Below, piece by piece: positions 46,520 through 56,402 of a stretch of 64,000 bases of DNA. Each line of letters begins with the position of its first letter. The stretch's first letter is position 1. The translations under genes were made by a program, and so were the position numbers. The DNA comes from Candidatus Ryanbacteria bacterium CG10_big_fil_rev_8_21_14_0_10_43_42 (GTDB lineage: Bacteria; Patescibacteriota; Minisyncoccia; Ryanbacterales; 2-02-FULL-48-12), in the NCBI GenBank assembly GCA_002793915.1, contig PFEF01000008.1:18159-82158 (forward strand). Reading direction: 5' to 3'. The notes below the pieces were generated by a model. The model was not told the DNA's origin. It was given only the letters and a program-made list of their open reading frames with translations, and did not search any database.

Positions 46520-46556
46520 GCTTCATTCCTAGCATAAGAGGAAAGCGAGCGCACTA

Positions 46557-46585
46557 TTGACTTTTTATATATTTAACAGTATAAT
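46557..46585 (+). promoter_or_regulatory. consensus-like sigma70 promoter TTGACT-17-TATAAT
   Basis: TTGACT 46557-46562, TATAAT 46580-46585; GGGG SD 46612-46615; ATG 46621. Confidence 0.55.
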
Positions 46586-46620
46586 GATAAAAATCTATTC
46601 TCGTTAAAAAAGGGGATTAT

Positions 46621-47388
46621 ATGGCAATAAAGAACATCGCTTTTTTGGTAGCCCTAATCTTTTTATTTGGTTCGGTAGACGTTTCTGAGGCTGGTGGTCG
46701 TAGGAGGCGCAATAATAGCGGTCGTACAGCAGCATTTGCCACTATTGGTACGGTGCTAGGTATGGGATTATTGCTTCGTTTTTTTAACAACAATAAACGA
46801 GAAGAAACGGAACGCCTTGCTATCAAAAAGGAATACGAAATGCAGGGCAAACAAGCGGAGCTGAATGCAGCGCTTGCCGCACCTAACGCACTGGGAGACA
46901 ATAGAGAAACGTCCACTGTTGACCAAACGCTTCCGGGTCGCACGATTTTACACGCGCCGTTTCGGACGGCATCACCCAATCCTATTCCGCGGAACGATGG
47001 AAGTTTGTTGCGAGATAAAAAGAGGCGAGAATTCCATCAGAAAGCGCCGAAGTTTATTCCTCCACCACCTCCACCGGCAAAAGGGGAATTTAGGACGGAG
47101 CCGGCTCATTATGTGCAAGCCTCGCTTGGCGAGCGCAAGAGAAAGCCACAACTTCCTCGTATTGATACTTTGCACCAGCTTCGTGCAGAGCTGCCTCTTA
47201 CGGATGAGTATAGAAACGCGCGCCTTGCGCTTTCTATGGGCATTGAAGAGGTAAGTGATCCGAATCGTGCGGCGTATAGCAAAAGTGAACTTCGTGCCGT
47301 TCTTGGAAATCTTAAGGAACTACAAGAACGTAGGCGTAGCCGCGCCCTCGACGATCTTGTAATGTATCTTTTATGGGCGGTTAGATAG
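46621..47388 (+). CDS. secreted protein, Arg-rich after signal peptide, poly-Pro segment, unknown
   Basis: 255 aa; signal peptide MAIKNIAFLVALIFLFGSVDVSEA; PPPPPP; coiled C-terminus. Confidence 0.5.
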   Translation: MAIKNIAFLVALIFLFGSVDVSEAGGRRRRNNSGRTAAFATIGTVLGMGLLLRFFNNNKREETERLAIKKEYEMQGKQAELNAALAAPNALGDNRETSTVDQTLPGRTILHAPFRTASPNPIPRNDGSLLRDKKRREFHQKAPKFIPPPPPPAKGEFRTEPAHYVQASLGERKRKPQLPRIDTLHQLRAELPLTDEYRNARLALSMGIEEVSDPNRAAYSKSELRAVLGNLKELQERRRSRALDDLVMYLLWAVR

Positions 47389-47396
47389 GAGGATTA

Positions 47397-47693
47397 GTGA
47401 AGATAGTACTTTTGATTGCAATTATCATATTATCTGGGATATCATCGGTATCGGAAGCGCGATACTATAACAGGAGTTATAGGTCACGGTATTATAATAA
47501 TTATCATTATAACGATAATTATTATAATAGATATCGATATAGGCACTGGAATGGGTGGTATGGACGCAACAATTATAACTATTGTTGCGATAGTGATAAA
47601 AGTACTGTCGAAACCGGACGAGAACGGTTTCGACAAAAAACCATTATCGAGAAAAAACCGGACGGATCATTCCGGTATGAAAATTCTCGATAA
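47397..47693 (+). CDS. small secreted Tyr/Asn/Arg-rich low-complexity protein
   Basis: 98 aa; GTG start with AGGAGG SD 47387-47392; signal peptide MKIVLLIAIIILSGISSVSEA paralogous to upstream gene; YYNRSYRSRYYNNYHYNDNYYNRYRYRHWNGWYGRNNYNY. Confidence 0.45.
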   Translation: MKIVLLIAIIILSGISSVSEARYYNRSYRSRYYNNYHYNDNYYNRYRYRHWNGWYGRNNYNYCCDSDKSTVETGRERFRQKTIIEKKPDGSFRYENSR

Positions 47694-47712
47694 AACATGT
47701 TCCTTCATTTTA

Positions 47713-47745
47713 AGCGACATCAAAACAGGTGTCGCTTTTTTCTTT
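47713..47745 (+). terminator. rho-independent terminator
   Basis: AGCGACA-n10-TGTCGCT then TTTTTTCTTT. Confidence 0.6.
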
Positions 47746-47787
47746 ACCCGCTTTATATATGGCGTATATCTGCTACTATGCGTGCAT

Positions 47788-48270
47788 ATGGAATCAAAAG
47801 AATTTACCTCCCATTCAGAGGATGAAACAAAGGCCATTGCCCGTTCTATAGCGAAGGAACTTATGAATAATCCGCTAGAGGGAGCGGGAGCGTTGGTGGT
47901 GGCTCTTACCGGAAATCTGGGCGGCGGAAAAACAACGTTTACGCAGGGATTCGCTGAAGGTTTTGGTATTACGGAAACCGTTTTAAGTCCTACTTTTATC
48001 CTTATGAACACATACCCCATTCCTCTGTATACAACAACAAAAACACAACACGAATCCTTTAAAAATCTGGTGCATATCGATGCATACCGTCTGGACACCT
48101 CTATGCAGTTACACGCCCTTGGTTGGGAGGATATAATGAAAAGTATCCATAATATTGTTTTGATTGAATGGGCTGATAGAGCGCGAAAACTATTACCGGA
48201 ACGGTATGTGGAGATACAATTTGAGGTTATTCATGAAAAAACAAGACGTATATTACTTAAGATATTATAA
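47788..48270 (+). CDS. tsaE: tRNA threonylcarbamoyladenosine biosynthesis protein TsaE
   Basis: 160 aa from ATG 47788; P-loop LTGNLGGGKTTFTQG, SPTF motif; upstream part of long ORF (IIIIIITIIII) is frame artefact over AT-rich DNA. Confidence 0.8.
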   Translation: MESKEFTSHSEDETKAIARSIAKELMNNPLEGAGALVVALTGNLGGGKTTFTQGFAEGFGITETVLSPTFILMNTYPIPLYTTTKTQHESFKNLVHIDAYRLDTSMQLHALGWEDIMKSIHNIVLIEWADRARKLLPERYVEIQFEVIHEKTRRILLKIL

Positions 48271-48282
48271 TACTTCTTACTA

Positions 48283-50925
48283 ATGGTTTCTTCCCAAAAA
48301 ATAGAGCAACCGCGCAAGCTTCTTATTCTTCTGGATACGCATGCTCTTATTTACCGTGCATTTCACGCCTTACCTCCGCTTACATCACCGGCGGGGAAAC
48401 CCGTAGGAGCTGTGTATGGTGTCGCTAACATTGTTCTTAAAATGCTGAAGGAGTATAAACCTGATTACATTGCCGCCGCATTCGATCGTGCGGAACCGAC
48501 ATTTCGCCATGATGCCTATGACGGTTATAAGGCGCAACGGGAAGAAGCGCCAGACGATCTCATTGCTCAATTCGGTACCACACGCGAGTTAATGGACGCA
48601 TTTCATATTTCGACTTATGATGTTCCCGGTTTTGAAGCTGACGATATGATTGGCACCATCGTAACCCGTGTTTTAAAAGATACGGATGATGTTGATATTC
48701 TTATTATATCGGGAGATGCGGATTTACTTCAGTTGGCGGATGAAGATCGTGTGCGGATATATCGGCAGGGAAATAAAAACGTATCCGACACAACGCTTAA
48801 TGCGGCGGGTGTGCGAGAAAAATATGGATTCGGACCGGAGCATATTGCGGATTATAAAGGATTAAAGGGGGATTCTTCGGACAATATTAAGGGTGTGCCG
48901 GGTATTGGGGATAAAACGGCAACGGCTCTCATTATGGAATTCGGAAGTATTGAAAATATTTACAAAGCGCTTTCCAGAAAAGATGCCTATCCGGCATTAT
49001 TTAAACCGCGCGTGGTACGCGCTCTGGAAGAGTATAAGGAAGATGCTTTTTTTAGCCGTGACCTGGCGCGTCTCCATACGGAAGCACCTATATCTTTTGA
49101 TCTTGAAAAAACATACTGTCCCCGGTTTGATACGGAACATGCTTATACTTTTTTGGAACAGCAGGGATTTCGCAGCCTTTTAGCGCGTTTGCCCAACGAA
49201 AACGGAAAAAAGGAGGAGGTGCTGGAAGATAAAAGCACTAAGCATAACGTGCATCAATGCACAAAAGATACGGAGGAAATGTTCATAAAGAGTGTTTCGA
49301 ATATGCCGATAGTAGGATGGCTTCCTGACGAAGACCGCACCGGCGTTTTGATAGGAGATAAAAAAATGATATGGCATATTTCCGCCAAGGAATGTTTTCG
49401 CATGAAAAAAATGATACGGGACCTATTTAGCGATGCCGCTAAAAAGCATATTGCCCACGAAGCAAAAGATTTAATACACATCCTGCATGCGGCGGGCGTG
49501 GATTATGTTGCATTTGCCCATGATACGGGTATAGCCGCATGGGTTTTAGATCCCATCGAGCGGGACCTTACCATTAATGCTTTGGCGGATATGTATTTGG
49601 GAGTGGAATTGAAAGCATATGAAGAAGGTGTACTTTATTTGGAGGATATTACAAAAAAACAGGAGCAAAATCTTATAGCCGATAAGGTGGATAATGTATT
49701 TTATACAATAGAACTTCCTCTTATACCGGTACTTGCACGCATGGAAGAAACAGGTATAGCGCTTGATACAAAAGAGTTAGCCGTATTTTCCCGTAGGTTG
49801 GAAAAGCGCATAACGGAACGAGAAAAAACGATATATGCGCTTGCGGGAGAAGAGTTTAATATAAACTCGCCGAAACAACTTTCTGAAATTTTATTTGATA
49901 CCATCGGCATTATGCCGGAGCGCATGAAAAAAACAGAGGGAGGAGCTCGCTCTACGCGTGCATCCGAACTTGTAAAAATGAAGGATATGCATCCGATTAT
50001 CGATGAAATTTTGAGTTACCGGGAGGAAGCGAAACTTAAGTCGACTTATGTAGATGTTCTTCCGGTTCTTGTACATAAGGATACGGGACGCATCCACGCC
50101 ACGTTTAATCAAACGGGAACCGTAACAGGGCGATTATCATCGCAGGATCCTAATTTACAAAATATTCCTATTAGAACGCCGTTAGGACAGGAGATTCGCC
50201 GTTCCTTCGTAGCGTCTCCGGGATATGTATTCATCGCGTGTGATTATTCGCAAATCGAACTTCGCCTCGTAGCATCTCTTTCGGGGGATGAAAAAATGAT
50301 AACGGCGTTTAAGAACGGGGAAGATATCCATACCCGTACAGCGGCGGCCGTACACGCGGTTTCGCTCAAGGAAGTAACGTCCAGTATGCGTCGGGCGGCA
50401 AAGGTTATTAACTTCGGTATTCTCTATGGCATGGGGGCGGTAAGTCTTGCCGAGAATCTTGGCATAACGCGTAAAGAAGCGGATGTGTTTATAAAAGCAT
50501 ATTTTGCGGAATTTCCGCGCATAAAGGAATACATGAATGAACTTAAGGAACAAGCCGAAGAAGAGGGATATGTTGAGACATTATTTGGACGCAGGCGATA
50601 TTTTAGGAATATGGCATCTTTAGGATGGCAGGCGCGGCGGGAAGCGGAGCGCATGGCTATTAATGCGCCCATTCAGGGATCGGAAGCGGATATTATGAAA
50701 ATCGCAATGATACAGATAGCGGAAAAACTCAAAAAGGAACAAAGTAATAATACCGTGCGTCTTCTTATTCAGGTACATGACGAATTGCTGTTTGAAATAA
50801 AAGAAGACTTAGCAGATCATTACGCAAAAAAGATCGCATCCATTATGGAATCCGTATGCACGCTCGCCGTACCGCTTACGGTAGACAGTAAAAGAGGAAA
50901 AAACTGGTATGAATTGAGTGTATAA
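48283..50925 (+). CDS. polA: DNA polymerase I
   Basis: 880 aa; 5'-3' exonuclease domain, central 3'-5' exo-like domain, Pol A motifs RRAAKVINFGILYG and VHDELLFE. Confidence 0.95.
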   Translation: MVSSQKIEQPRKLLILLDTHALIYRAFHALPPLTSPAGKPVGAVYGVANIVLKMLKEYKPDYIAAAFDRAEPTFRHDAYDGYKAQREEAPDDLIAQFGTTRELMDAFHISTYDVPGFEADDMIGTIVTRVLKDTDDVDILIISGDADLLQLADEDRVRIYRQGNKNVSDTTLNAAGVREKYGFGPEHIADYKGLKGDSSDNIKGVPGIGDKTATALIMEFGSIENIYKALSRKDAYPALFKPRVVRALEEYKEDAFFSRDLARLHTEAPISFDLEKTYCPRFDTEHAYTFLEQQGFRSLLARLPNENGKKEEVLEDKSTKHNVHQCTKDTEEMFIKSVSNMPIVGWLPDEDRTGVLIGDKKMIWHISAKECFRMKKMIRDLFSDAAKKHIAHEAKDLIHILHAAGVDYVAFAHDTGIAAWVLDPIERDLTINALADMYLGVELKAYEEGVLYLEDITKKQEQNLIADKVDNVFYTIELPLIPVLARMEETGIALDTKELAVFSRRLEKRITEREKTIYALAGEEFNINSPKQLSEILFDTIGIMPERMKKTEGGARSTRASELVKMKDMHPIIDEILSYREEAKLKSTYVDVLPVLVHKDTGRIHATFNQTGTVTGRLSSQDPNLQNIPIRTPLGQEIRRSFVASPGYVFIACDYSQIELRLVASLSGDEKMITAFKNGEDIHTRTAAAVHAVSLKEVTSSMRRAAKVINFGILYGMGAVSLAENLGITRKEADVFIKAYFAEFPRIKEYMNELKEQAEEEGYVETLFGRRRYFRNMASLGWQARREAERMAINAPIQGSEADIMKIAMIQIAEKLKKEQSNNTVRLLIQVHDELLFEIKEDLADHYAKKIASIMESVCTLAVPLTVDSKRGKNWYELSV

Positions 50926-50970
50926 ATTTACGTATGTTATGGCTACACTATTTGTCCATGATACAATACA

Positions 50971-52191
50971 GTGATGGAATCTTCGGAAAAAAACGTCACA
51001 TCCGTACAAAAGCAATATATGGAATTTGACTCACGAAGAGTTTCGGTTACAAACTCGTTATTTTTTCGCATTTTTATATCCATTTTCGGCCTCTCCATTA
51101 TTCCGGTTATTGTTTCGGGCATTCTCATAGCGGCGGCATATCAAGCCATTTTACGGGATTATGTACACGGCGGTATCCTGGCGATTGTAGAGCAGAATGT
51201 TCGTATTCAATTTTTATTAATTCTTCTTTTTATTGTTATTCTTGTTTCATTTTTTTCTTTTATTCTGGCACGCAGTATTACACGTCCCATACAGTTATTG
51301 ATTAGCGCCACGCGCCGCATTACGGATGGCGATATGAATATACGCATTAAGCTTGATAGGAAAGATGAAATTGGAAAACTTGCCACATTTTTTAATATTA
51401 TGGTTCAACGCTTTGTTGAAACACAAAAAAGAAATACAGCCATATCACGCATTAAATCACAGTTTGTATCTGTGACGGCGCACCAACTGCGTACACCGCT
51501 TTCGGCCCTTAAGTGGACAATACGTATGCTTCTTGACGGCGATATAGGGACACTGCAAAAACGACAAAAAGATTTGCTTATGCGCGGATACGATACAAAT
51601 GAGCGCATGATACGATTGGTGAATGATTTTTTGAATGTTTCGCGTATCGAGGAGGGGCGATATGGGTTTCATTTTGATAAGATACAGATAAGAACGAGTA
51701 TTAGTGAGGCTATTGAGGGAGTTTCTCTTGATGCCGCACGCCGACACGTTGCCATATCCACCGATCTGAAAATCCCTGAAGATCTTGTGATTGTTGCCGA
51801 TAAAGAACGTCTTCATACCGTATTTACCAACGTTCTCGATAACGCGGTGAGATACAGTAAAGAGAACGGTTCCGTTATCGTATCGGCATTTATGCGTCCG
51901 GACGAATTACTGCAAGTAGATATTACCGATACGGGCATAGGTATTCCCGCGGAGGAACGCGACCGCATATTTACGCGCTTTTACCGTGCATCAAATGCCA
52001 CGCGGCATCAAACAGATGGATCGGGACTGGGATTATTTATCGTACAAAATATTGTCGAACGTCATGGAGGCACGGTGTGGTTTACTTCAGAGGAGGACAA
52101 GGGAACAACTATTTCTTTTACCCTACCAAGTGATGGTAGGGATTTAAACGAGAAAAAGGATTCGTTTAAGGAATTTATGGACGCTGTATAG
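50971..52191 (+). CDS. sensor histidine kinase (2 TM, HAMP, HisKA, HATPase_c)
   Basis: 406 aa; H-box HQLRTPLSALKW; N, G1 (DTGIGIP), G2 (GSGLGL) boxes. Confidence 0.85.
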   Translation: MMESSEKNVTSVQKQYMEFDSRRVSVTNSLFFRIFISIFGLSIIPVIVSGILIAAAYQAILRDYVHGGILAIVEQNVRIQFLLILLFIVILVSFFSFILARSITRPIQLLISATRRITDGDMNIRIKLDRKDEIGKLATFFNIMVQRFVETQKRNTAISRIKSQFVSVTAHQLRTPLSALKWTIRMLLDGDIGTLQKRQKDLLMRGYDTNERMIRLVNDFLNVSRIEEGRYGFHFDKIQIRTSISEAIEGVSLDAARRHVAISTDLKIPEDLVIVADKERLHTVFTNVLDNAVRYSKENGSVIVSAFMRPDELLQVDITDTGIGIPAEERDRIFTRFYRASNATRHQTDGSGLGLFIVQNIVERHGGTVWFTSEEDKGTTISFTLPSDGRDLNEKKDSFKEFMDAV

Positions 52192-52239
52192 TCATGTTGC
52201 GTCATGATAGTATAAGATATACGCTAAATACCGATCATT

Positions 52240-53067
52240 ATGAAAAAGCGCATTCTTGTTGTTGAGGACGAAAAAGATCACCTGAATATTATGGTGCATA
52301 AACTAGAACTTGAGGGATATGAAGCGCTTTCAGCGGAGGATGGCGCGGAAGGACTTCGTATGATAGAGGAAGAAAAACCGGATCTGGTGCTTTTGGATGT
52401 TGTACTGCCTTCGATGGACGGGTTTGAAGTATTGACTCGCATGCGCGAAAAAGGCATCACAATACCTGTGATTATTGTTTCAAATTCGGGGCAACCCGTA
52501 GAAATTGACCGCGGAACGGCATTGGGAGCGAAGGACCATCTTGTAAAAGCAGAGTTCAATCCGGGAGACGTTATAGAAAAAATTCGTATTCAGCTGGGGG
52601 AAGTGTCTTTATCGGAGGAGGAGAAGGAGAAAAAGAATCACGAGTCGTCCAGTAACGTTCCTATAGCGCATTATGTGCAAAATAAGGAAACAATTATTTT
52701 AATTGTTGAGGATGATAAATTTCTTCGGGACCTCATTGTGAATAAATTTTCGAAAGAAGGATTTACGGTACATGAGGCCGTCGATGGAGAAATGGCGTTA
52801 TCCGTATTGCAGAAAGTCGCGCCGCAAATAATTCTCCTTGACCTACTTCTTCCGGGAATAGACGGATTTGAAGTTCTTCGGCGATTACAAGCGGATGAAA
52901 AACTTTCCGCTATTCCCGTTGTTGTCTTAAGTAACTTGGGTCAGCAGGAGGATATGGATAGGGCACGTTCATTGGGTGCGCGAGATTTTCTCATAAAGGC
53001 GCAATATACGCCAGGTGAGATTATTGTGCATATAAAGAAAATTCTTAGCGAAGCATACATTAATTAA
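52240..53067 (+). CDS. response regulator with two tandem receiver (REC) domains and no output domain
   Basis: 275 aa; REC1 (DLVLLDVVLPSMDG) and REC2 (QIILLDLLLPGIDG) each with acidic pocket and conserved K. Confidence 0.8.
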   Translation: MKKRILVVEDEKDHLNIMVHKLELEGYEALSAEDGAEGLRMIEEEKPDLVLLDVVLPSMDGFEVLTRMREKGITIPVIIVSNSGQPVEIDRGTALGAKDHLVKAEFNPGDVIEKIRIQLGEVSLSEEEKEKKNHESSSNVPIAHYVQNKETIILIVEDDKFLRDLIVNKFSKEGFTVHEAVDGEMALSVLQKVAPQIILLDLLLPGIDGFEVLRRLQADEKLSAIPVVVLSNLGQQEDMDRARSLGARDFLIKAQYTPGEIIVHIKKILSEAYIN

Positions 53068-53102
53068 ATGTTTTAAATGAAGCCTGCGGATATATTCTAA
53101 TT

Positions 53103-54026
53103 ATGCTGTATTTTTTTTATGGGGACGATACATACCGGAGTCGGAAAAAACTTCGTGAGATTGAAGACCGTTTTCACGCACTTATGGGAGGAAAAGAGGC
53201 AAGTGTACGCATTGAAGCCGCATCGGAAGAGATTGCCTATATGCGTCGTACTATCGAAACACCATCACTGTTTCGCGATAAGCGTCTCATTATTATAGAA
53301 GGAAGTCGCGAAGCGTCGGCGGATATTCGGGAATATGTGGAAGAGCGCGTCCCGGCATATGCCGCCGATGAGGATGTGTATGTACTGTGGGAGAGGGGAC
53401 TGGGAGATTCATGTAAAAAATTTGTTTCATTGGTAAAACAATACGCGACGAAAACACAGGAATTTAGCTCTTCGTCTTCGGTGGGAATACGTTCTTTTTT
53501 GGAAAGTGAGTTGCAGAGGCGGAAAAGAACTCTACCGGCCGATAAGAAACAGGAATTACTTGCGTATGCCGGAGGAGATTCTTGGCGTCTCGTCAATAGT
53601 CTTGATAAGGTTCTTTTGGAAGGAGACGGTGACACACATGAACGGGTATCCGGGCAGAAGGAATCCAATATATTTTTATTTACGGACGCCGTCGGTATGC
53701 GAAAAAAAGATCAAGCGTTTCAATTGTTTCATCAGTTTAAGGAAGAAGGTATGGCGCCGGATCAGATATTACGCGCACTGGCATGGCATGTGCGCGTTCT
53801 TGCTGTTGTTGCCGATCTTGTAGCGCACGGTGAACGGGAAAGTGATATTGCACGCCAGGCAAAACTTCATCCCTTTGTAGTTAAAAAGGCCATAATGCAA
53901 AGCAAGAAATTTAGCTTAGCGGAGCTTTCAAATTTTTATAATCGCCTCTCTTTGTTGGATACGAAAACAAAAGAAAACCGAGGGGATATATCCCTCGGCC
54001 TTCTGGATGTACTGCTTGCATTATAA
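53103..54026 (+). CDS. holA: DNA polymerase III delta subunit
   Basis: 307 aa; MLYFFYGDD N-terminus, NIFLFTDAV motif typical of HolA. Confidence 0.65.
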   Translation: MLYFFYGDDTYRSRKKLREIEDRFHALMGGKEASVRIEAASEEIAYMRRTIETPSLFRDKRLIIIEGSREASADIREYVEERVPAYAADEDVYVLWERGLGDSCKKFVSLVKQYATKTQEFSSSSSVGIRSFLESELQRRKRTLPADKKQELLAYAGGDSWRLVNSLDKVLLEGDGDTHERVSGQKESNIFLFTDAVGMRKKDQAFQLFHQFKEEGMAPDQILRALAWHVRVLAVVADLVAHGERESDIARQAKLHPFVVKKAIMQSKKFSLAELSNFYNRLSLLDTKTKENRGDISLGLLDVLLAL

Positions 54027-54027
54027 A

Positions 54028-54291
54028 TTAGGATCCTTTCTGTATGAGTTTTGCGAGGTAGGATTTTTTACGAGATGCAGTATTTTTTTTGAGAACATTT
54101 GTCTTTGCCGCCTTATCAATTGCTTTATACGCTTTTGGAAGGAGTACCACGGCTTCCTCTTTTTTACCCGCCTCCACAAGTTTTTTAATGTCTTTTGCGG
54201 TATCTCGAAAGGCCCGTGTTTTTTTCAGGTTTTGGATGCGGCGTTTTTCTGATTGTCGCAGGTCTTTAATTTGTGATTTTATATTCGGCAT
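54028..54291 (-). CDS. rpsT: 30S ribosomal protein S20
   Basis: 87 aa; MPNIKSQIKDLRQSEKRRIQN... S20 signature. Confidence 0.85.
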   Translation of the reverse strand: MPNIKSQIKDLRQSEKRRIQNLKKTRAFRDTAKDIKKLVEAGKKEEAVVLLPKAYKAIDKAAKTNVLKKNTASRKKSYLAKLIQKGS

Positions 54292-54331
54292 AGTTTTACG
54301 ACTATAGCATATATACGGTTAATGTCAAAAC

Positions 54332-56257
54332 CTAAATACGGGTGAGTATATCGCGCAGTTTTGCCGCTCGTTCAAAATCCAAGTTTGCCGCCGCGTCCAG
54401 CATTTCGTCTTCCAGTTCCTTTTTTAATTCCGTTACCGACCGTTTTTCTGTTTTTACGCGTCTAACAGCATCTTCAATTGTTTCCTCTTTTGCATGTTCA
54501 GGAAACCATTCCCGGACATCTTTTTGTATGGCGTGGGGAATAATGCCATGCTTTTTATTGTATGCGTTCTGTTTTTTGCGCCGGCGTTCCGTTATGCCCA
54601 TAGCGCTTTTCATGGAATCCGTTATGGTATCGGCGTACATAATAACGCGTCCCGACAAATGGCGCGCGGCGCGTCCCATTGTTTGTATGAGTGTTGTTTC
54701 ATTGCGTAGAAACCCTTCTTTGTCGGCGTCCAGAATGGCTACCAGGGAAACCTCCGGCATATCAAGTCCCTCTCGCAGAAGGTTAATACCAACGAGGGCA
54801 TCAAATGTTCCAATGCGGAGCTTATTGAGAAGCGCGGGGCGTTCCAGTGTTTTTATGTCGGCATGAATATATTCGGCCTTAATACCGGCATCTCTAAGAT
54901 AATCCGCAATATCTTCCGCAAGTCGTTTTGTTATAGTAGTTACAAGTGTTCGTTCTCCCCGTTTGGAGCGTATTTTTATTTCCTGAATCAGGTCCTGAAT
55001 CTGGTTTTTTGTGGGGCGTATTTCTATTTCAGGATCCAGTAGTCCGGTGGGGCGTATGATTTGTTCTATAACGGGACCTTGTTTTAATTCGTATGAACTC
55101 GGAGTAGCTGATACATATATTGTTTGTGATACTTTTTCTTCGAATTCGGCGAATTGGAGAGGACGGTTATCAAGCGCCGATGGTAATCGAAATCCATGAT
55201 CAACGAGAGTGCGTTTTCGTGCCTGATCTCCGTTATACATGCCGCGAATTTGGGGAAGCGTAATGTGTGACTCGTCGATAAAAACAAGGTAGTCATCCTT
55301 AAAATAATCAAATAAGGTATATGGCGGATCTCCCTTTTTTCGGAATGATAAATGACGGGAATAATTTTCAACACCAGACAGATATCCGGTATTTTTAAGC
55401 ATTTCCATATCAAATCGCGTGCGTTGTTCCAAGCGTTCAGCTTCTAAAAGTTTTCCGTTTTTGCGAAAGACGGCAAGTTGTTCTTCCAGTTCGGTATAAA
55501 TATTTGCAACAGCTGTGTCTATTTTTTCCTGTGGCGTGACGAAATGTTTTGCCGGAAATATACGCATGTCTTTTTGTGTGGAGGTGTTATTTATGCGGTC
55601 AATCTGATTGCCAAAAAATTCGATTGTCGTTATTTCCATGCCGGTTGGAGAGGTAATGGTTACCTTCTCTCCTTTCGCCGTGAATGTTCCGGGAAGGCTT
55701 TGTATGTCATTTCGGGTATATTGAAGAGTGGCAAGCGTTCGTAGGAAATCCTGCCGGCTAAGGGTTTCTCCCACACGAATGCGCGCACTCATGGCATCAT
55801 ATTCACGCGGATCCCCAATGCCGTAAATGCAGGAAACGGAGGCGACAATAATAACATCTTTACGGGAAAGAGCGGATTGTGTGGATGCGTGCCGTAGACG
55901 GTCGATAAATTCGTTTATACTCGCATCCTTTTCTATATAGGTATCTGTTTGGGGAATATATGCTTCCGGCTGATAATAATCGTAGTAAGATACAAAATAG
56001 TGTACGGCGTTTTCCGGAAAGAACTCCTTAAATTCCTGATAAAGCTGTGCGGCAAGAGTTTTATTATGGGAAAAAATGAGGGTTGGTTTTTGAATACGCT
56101 CAATAACATTCGCCATGGTGAATGTTTTTCCGGACCCCGTAACACCCAGAAGTGTTTGATAGGGCTTTCCTTCCCGAATACCGGCCGCTAAGCTTTCAAT
56201 AGCAGTGGGCTGATCTCCGGTAGGTTTGAATGGTGATGAGAGATGAAATTTTGACAT
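54332..56257 (-). CDS. uvrB: excinuclease ABC subunit B
   Basis: 641 aa; Walker A GVTGSGKTFT, beta-hairpin, UVR domain at C-terminus. Confidence 0.95.
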   Translation of the reverse strand: MSKFHLSSPFKPTGDQPTAIESLAAGIREGKPYQTLLGVTGSGKTFTMANVIERIQKPTLIFSHNKTLAAQLYQEFKEFFPENAVHYFVSYYDYYQPEAYIPQTDTYIEKDASINEFIDRLRHASTQSALSRKDVIIVASVSCIYGIGDPREYDAMSARIRVGETLSRQDFLRTLATLQYTRNDIQSLPGTFTAKGEKVTITSPTGMEITTIEFFGNQIDRINNTSTQKDMRIFPAKHFVTPQEKIDTAVANIYTELEEQLAVFRKNGKLLEAERLEQRTRFDMEMLKNTGYLSGVENYSRHLSFRKKGDPPYTLFDYFKDDYLVFIDESHITLPQIRGMYNGDQARKRTLVDHGFRLPSALDNRPLQFAEFEEKVSQTIYVSATPSSYELKQGPVIEQIIRPTGLLDPEIEIRPTKNQIQDLIQEIKIRSKRGERTLVTTITKRLAEDIADYLRDAGIKAEYIHADIKTLERPALLNKLRIGTFDALVGINLLREGLDMPEVSLVAILDADKEGFLRNETTLIQTMGRAARHLSGRVIMYADTITDSMKSAMGITERRRKKQNAYNKKHGIIPHAIQKDVREWFPEHAKEETIEDAVRRVKTEKRSVTELKKELEDEMLDAAANLDFERAAKLRDILTRI

Positions 56258-56402
56258 AATAACGTAGCCATTATACAGTATGGTGAGGAAATGAAAAGGA
56301 ATGGAAATTATCTATAAGCGAGCCGCGGCTTCGCTTTTTTCTTTCATTAAAAAAACCTATACTACCAATATATCCTGACCGTTAGCATCTAATACTGAAC
56401 AT

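Noticed and set aside
47416-47787. Upstream part of long ORF reading IIIIIITIIIIIDIDIG before tsaE
   Set aside because: Frame artefact across AT-rich repeat DNA that actually encodes the Y/N-rich protein in another frame; TsaE homology starts at Met 47788 after a terminator.
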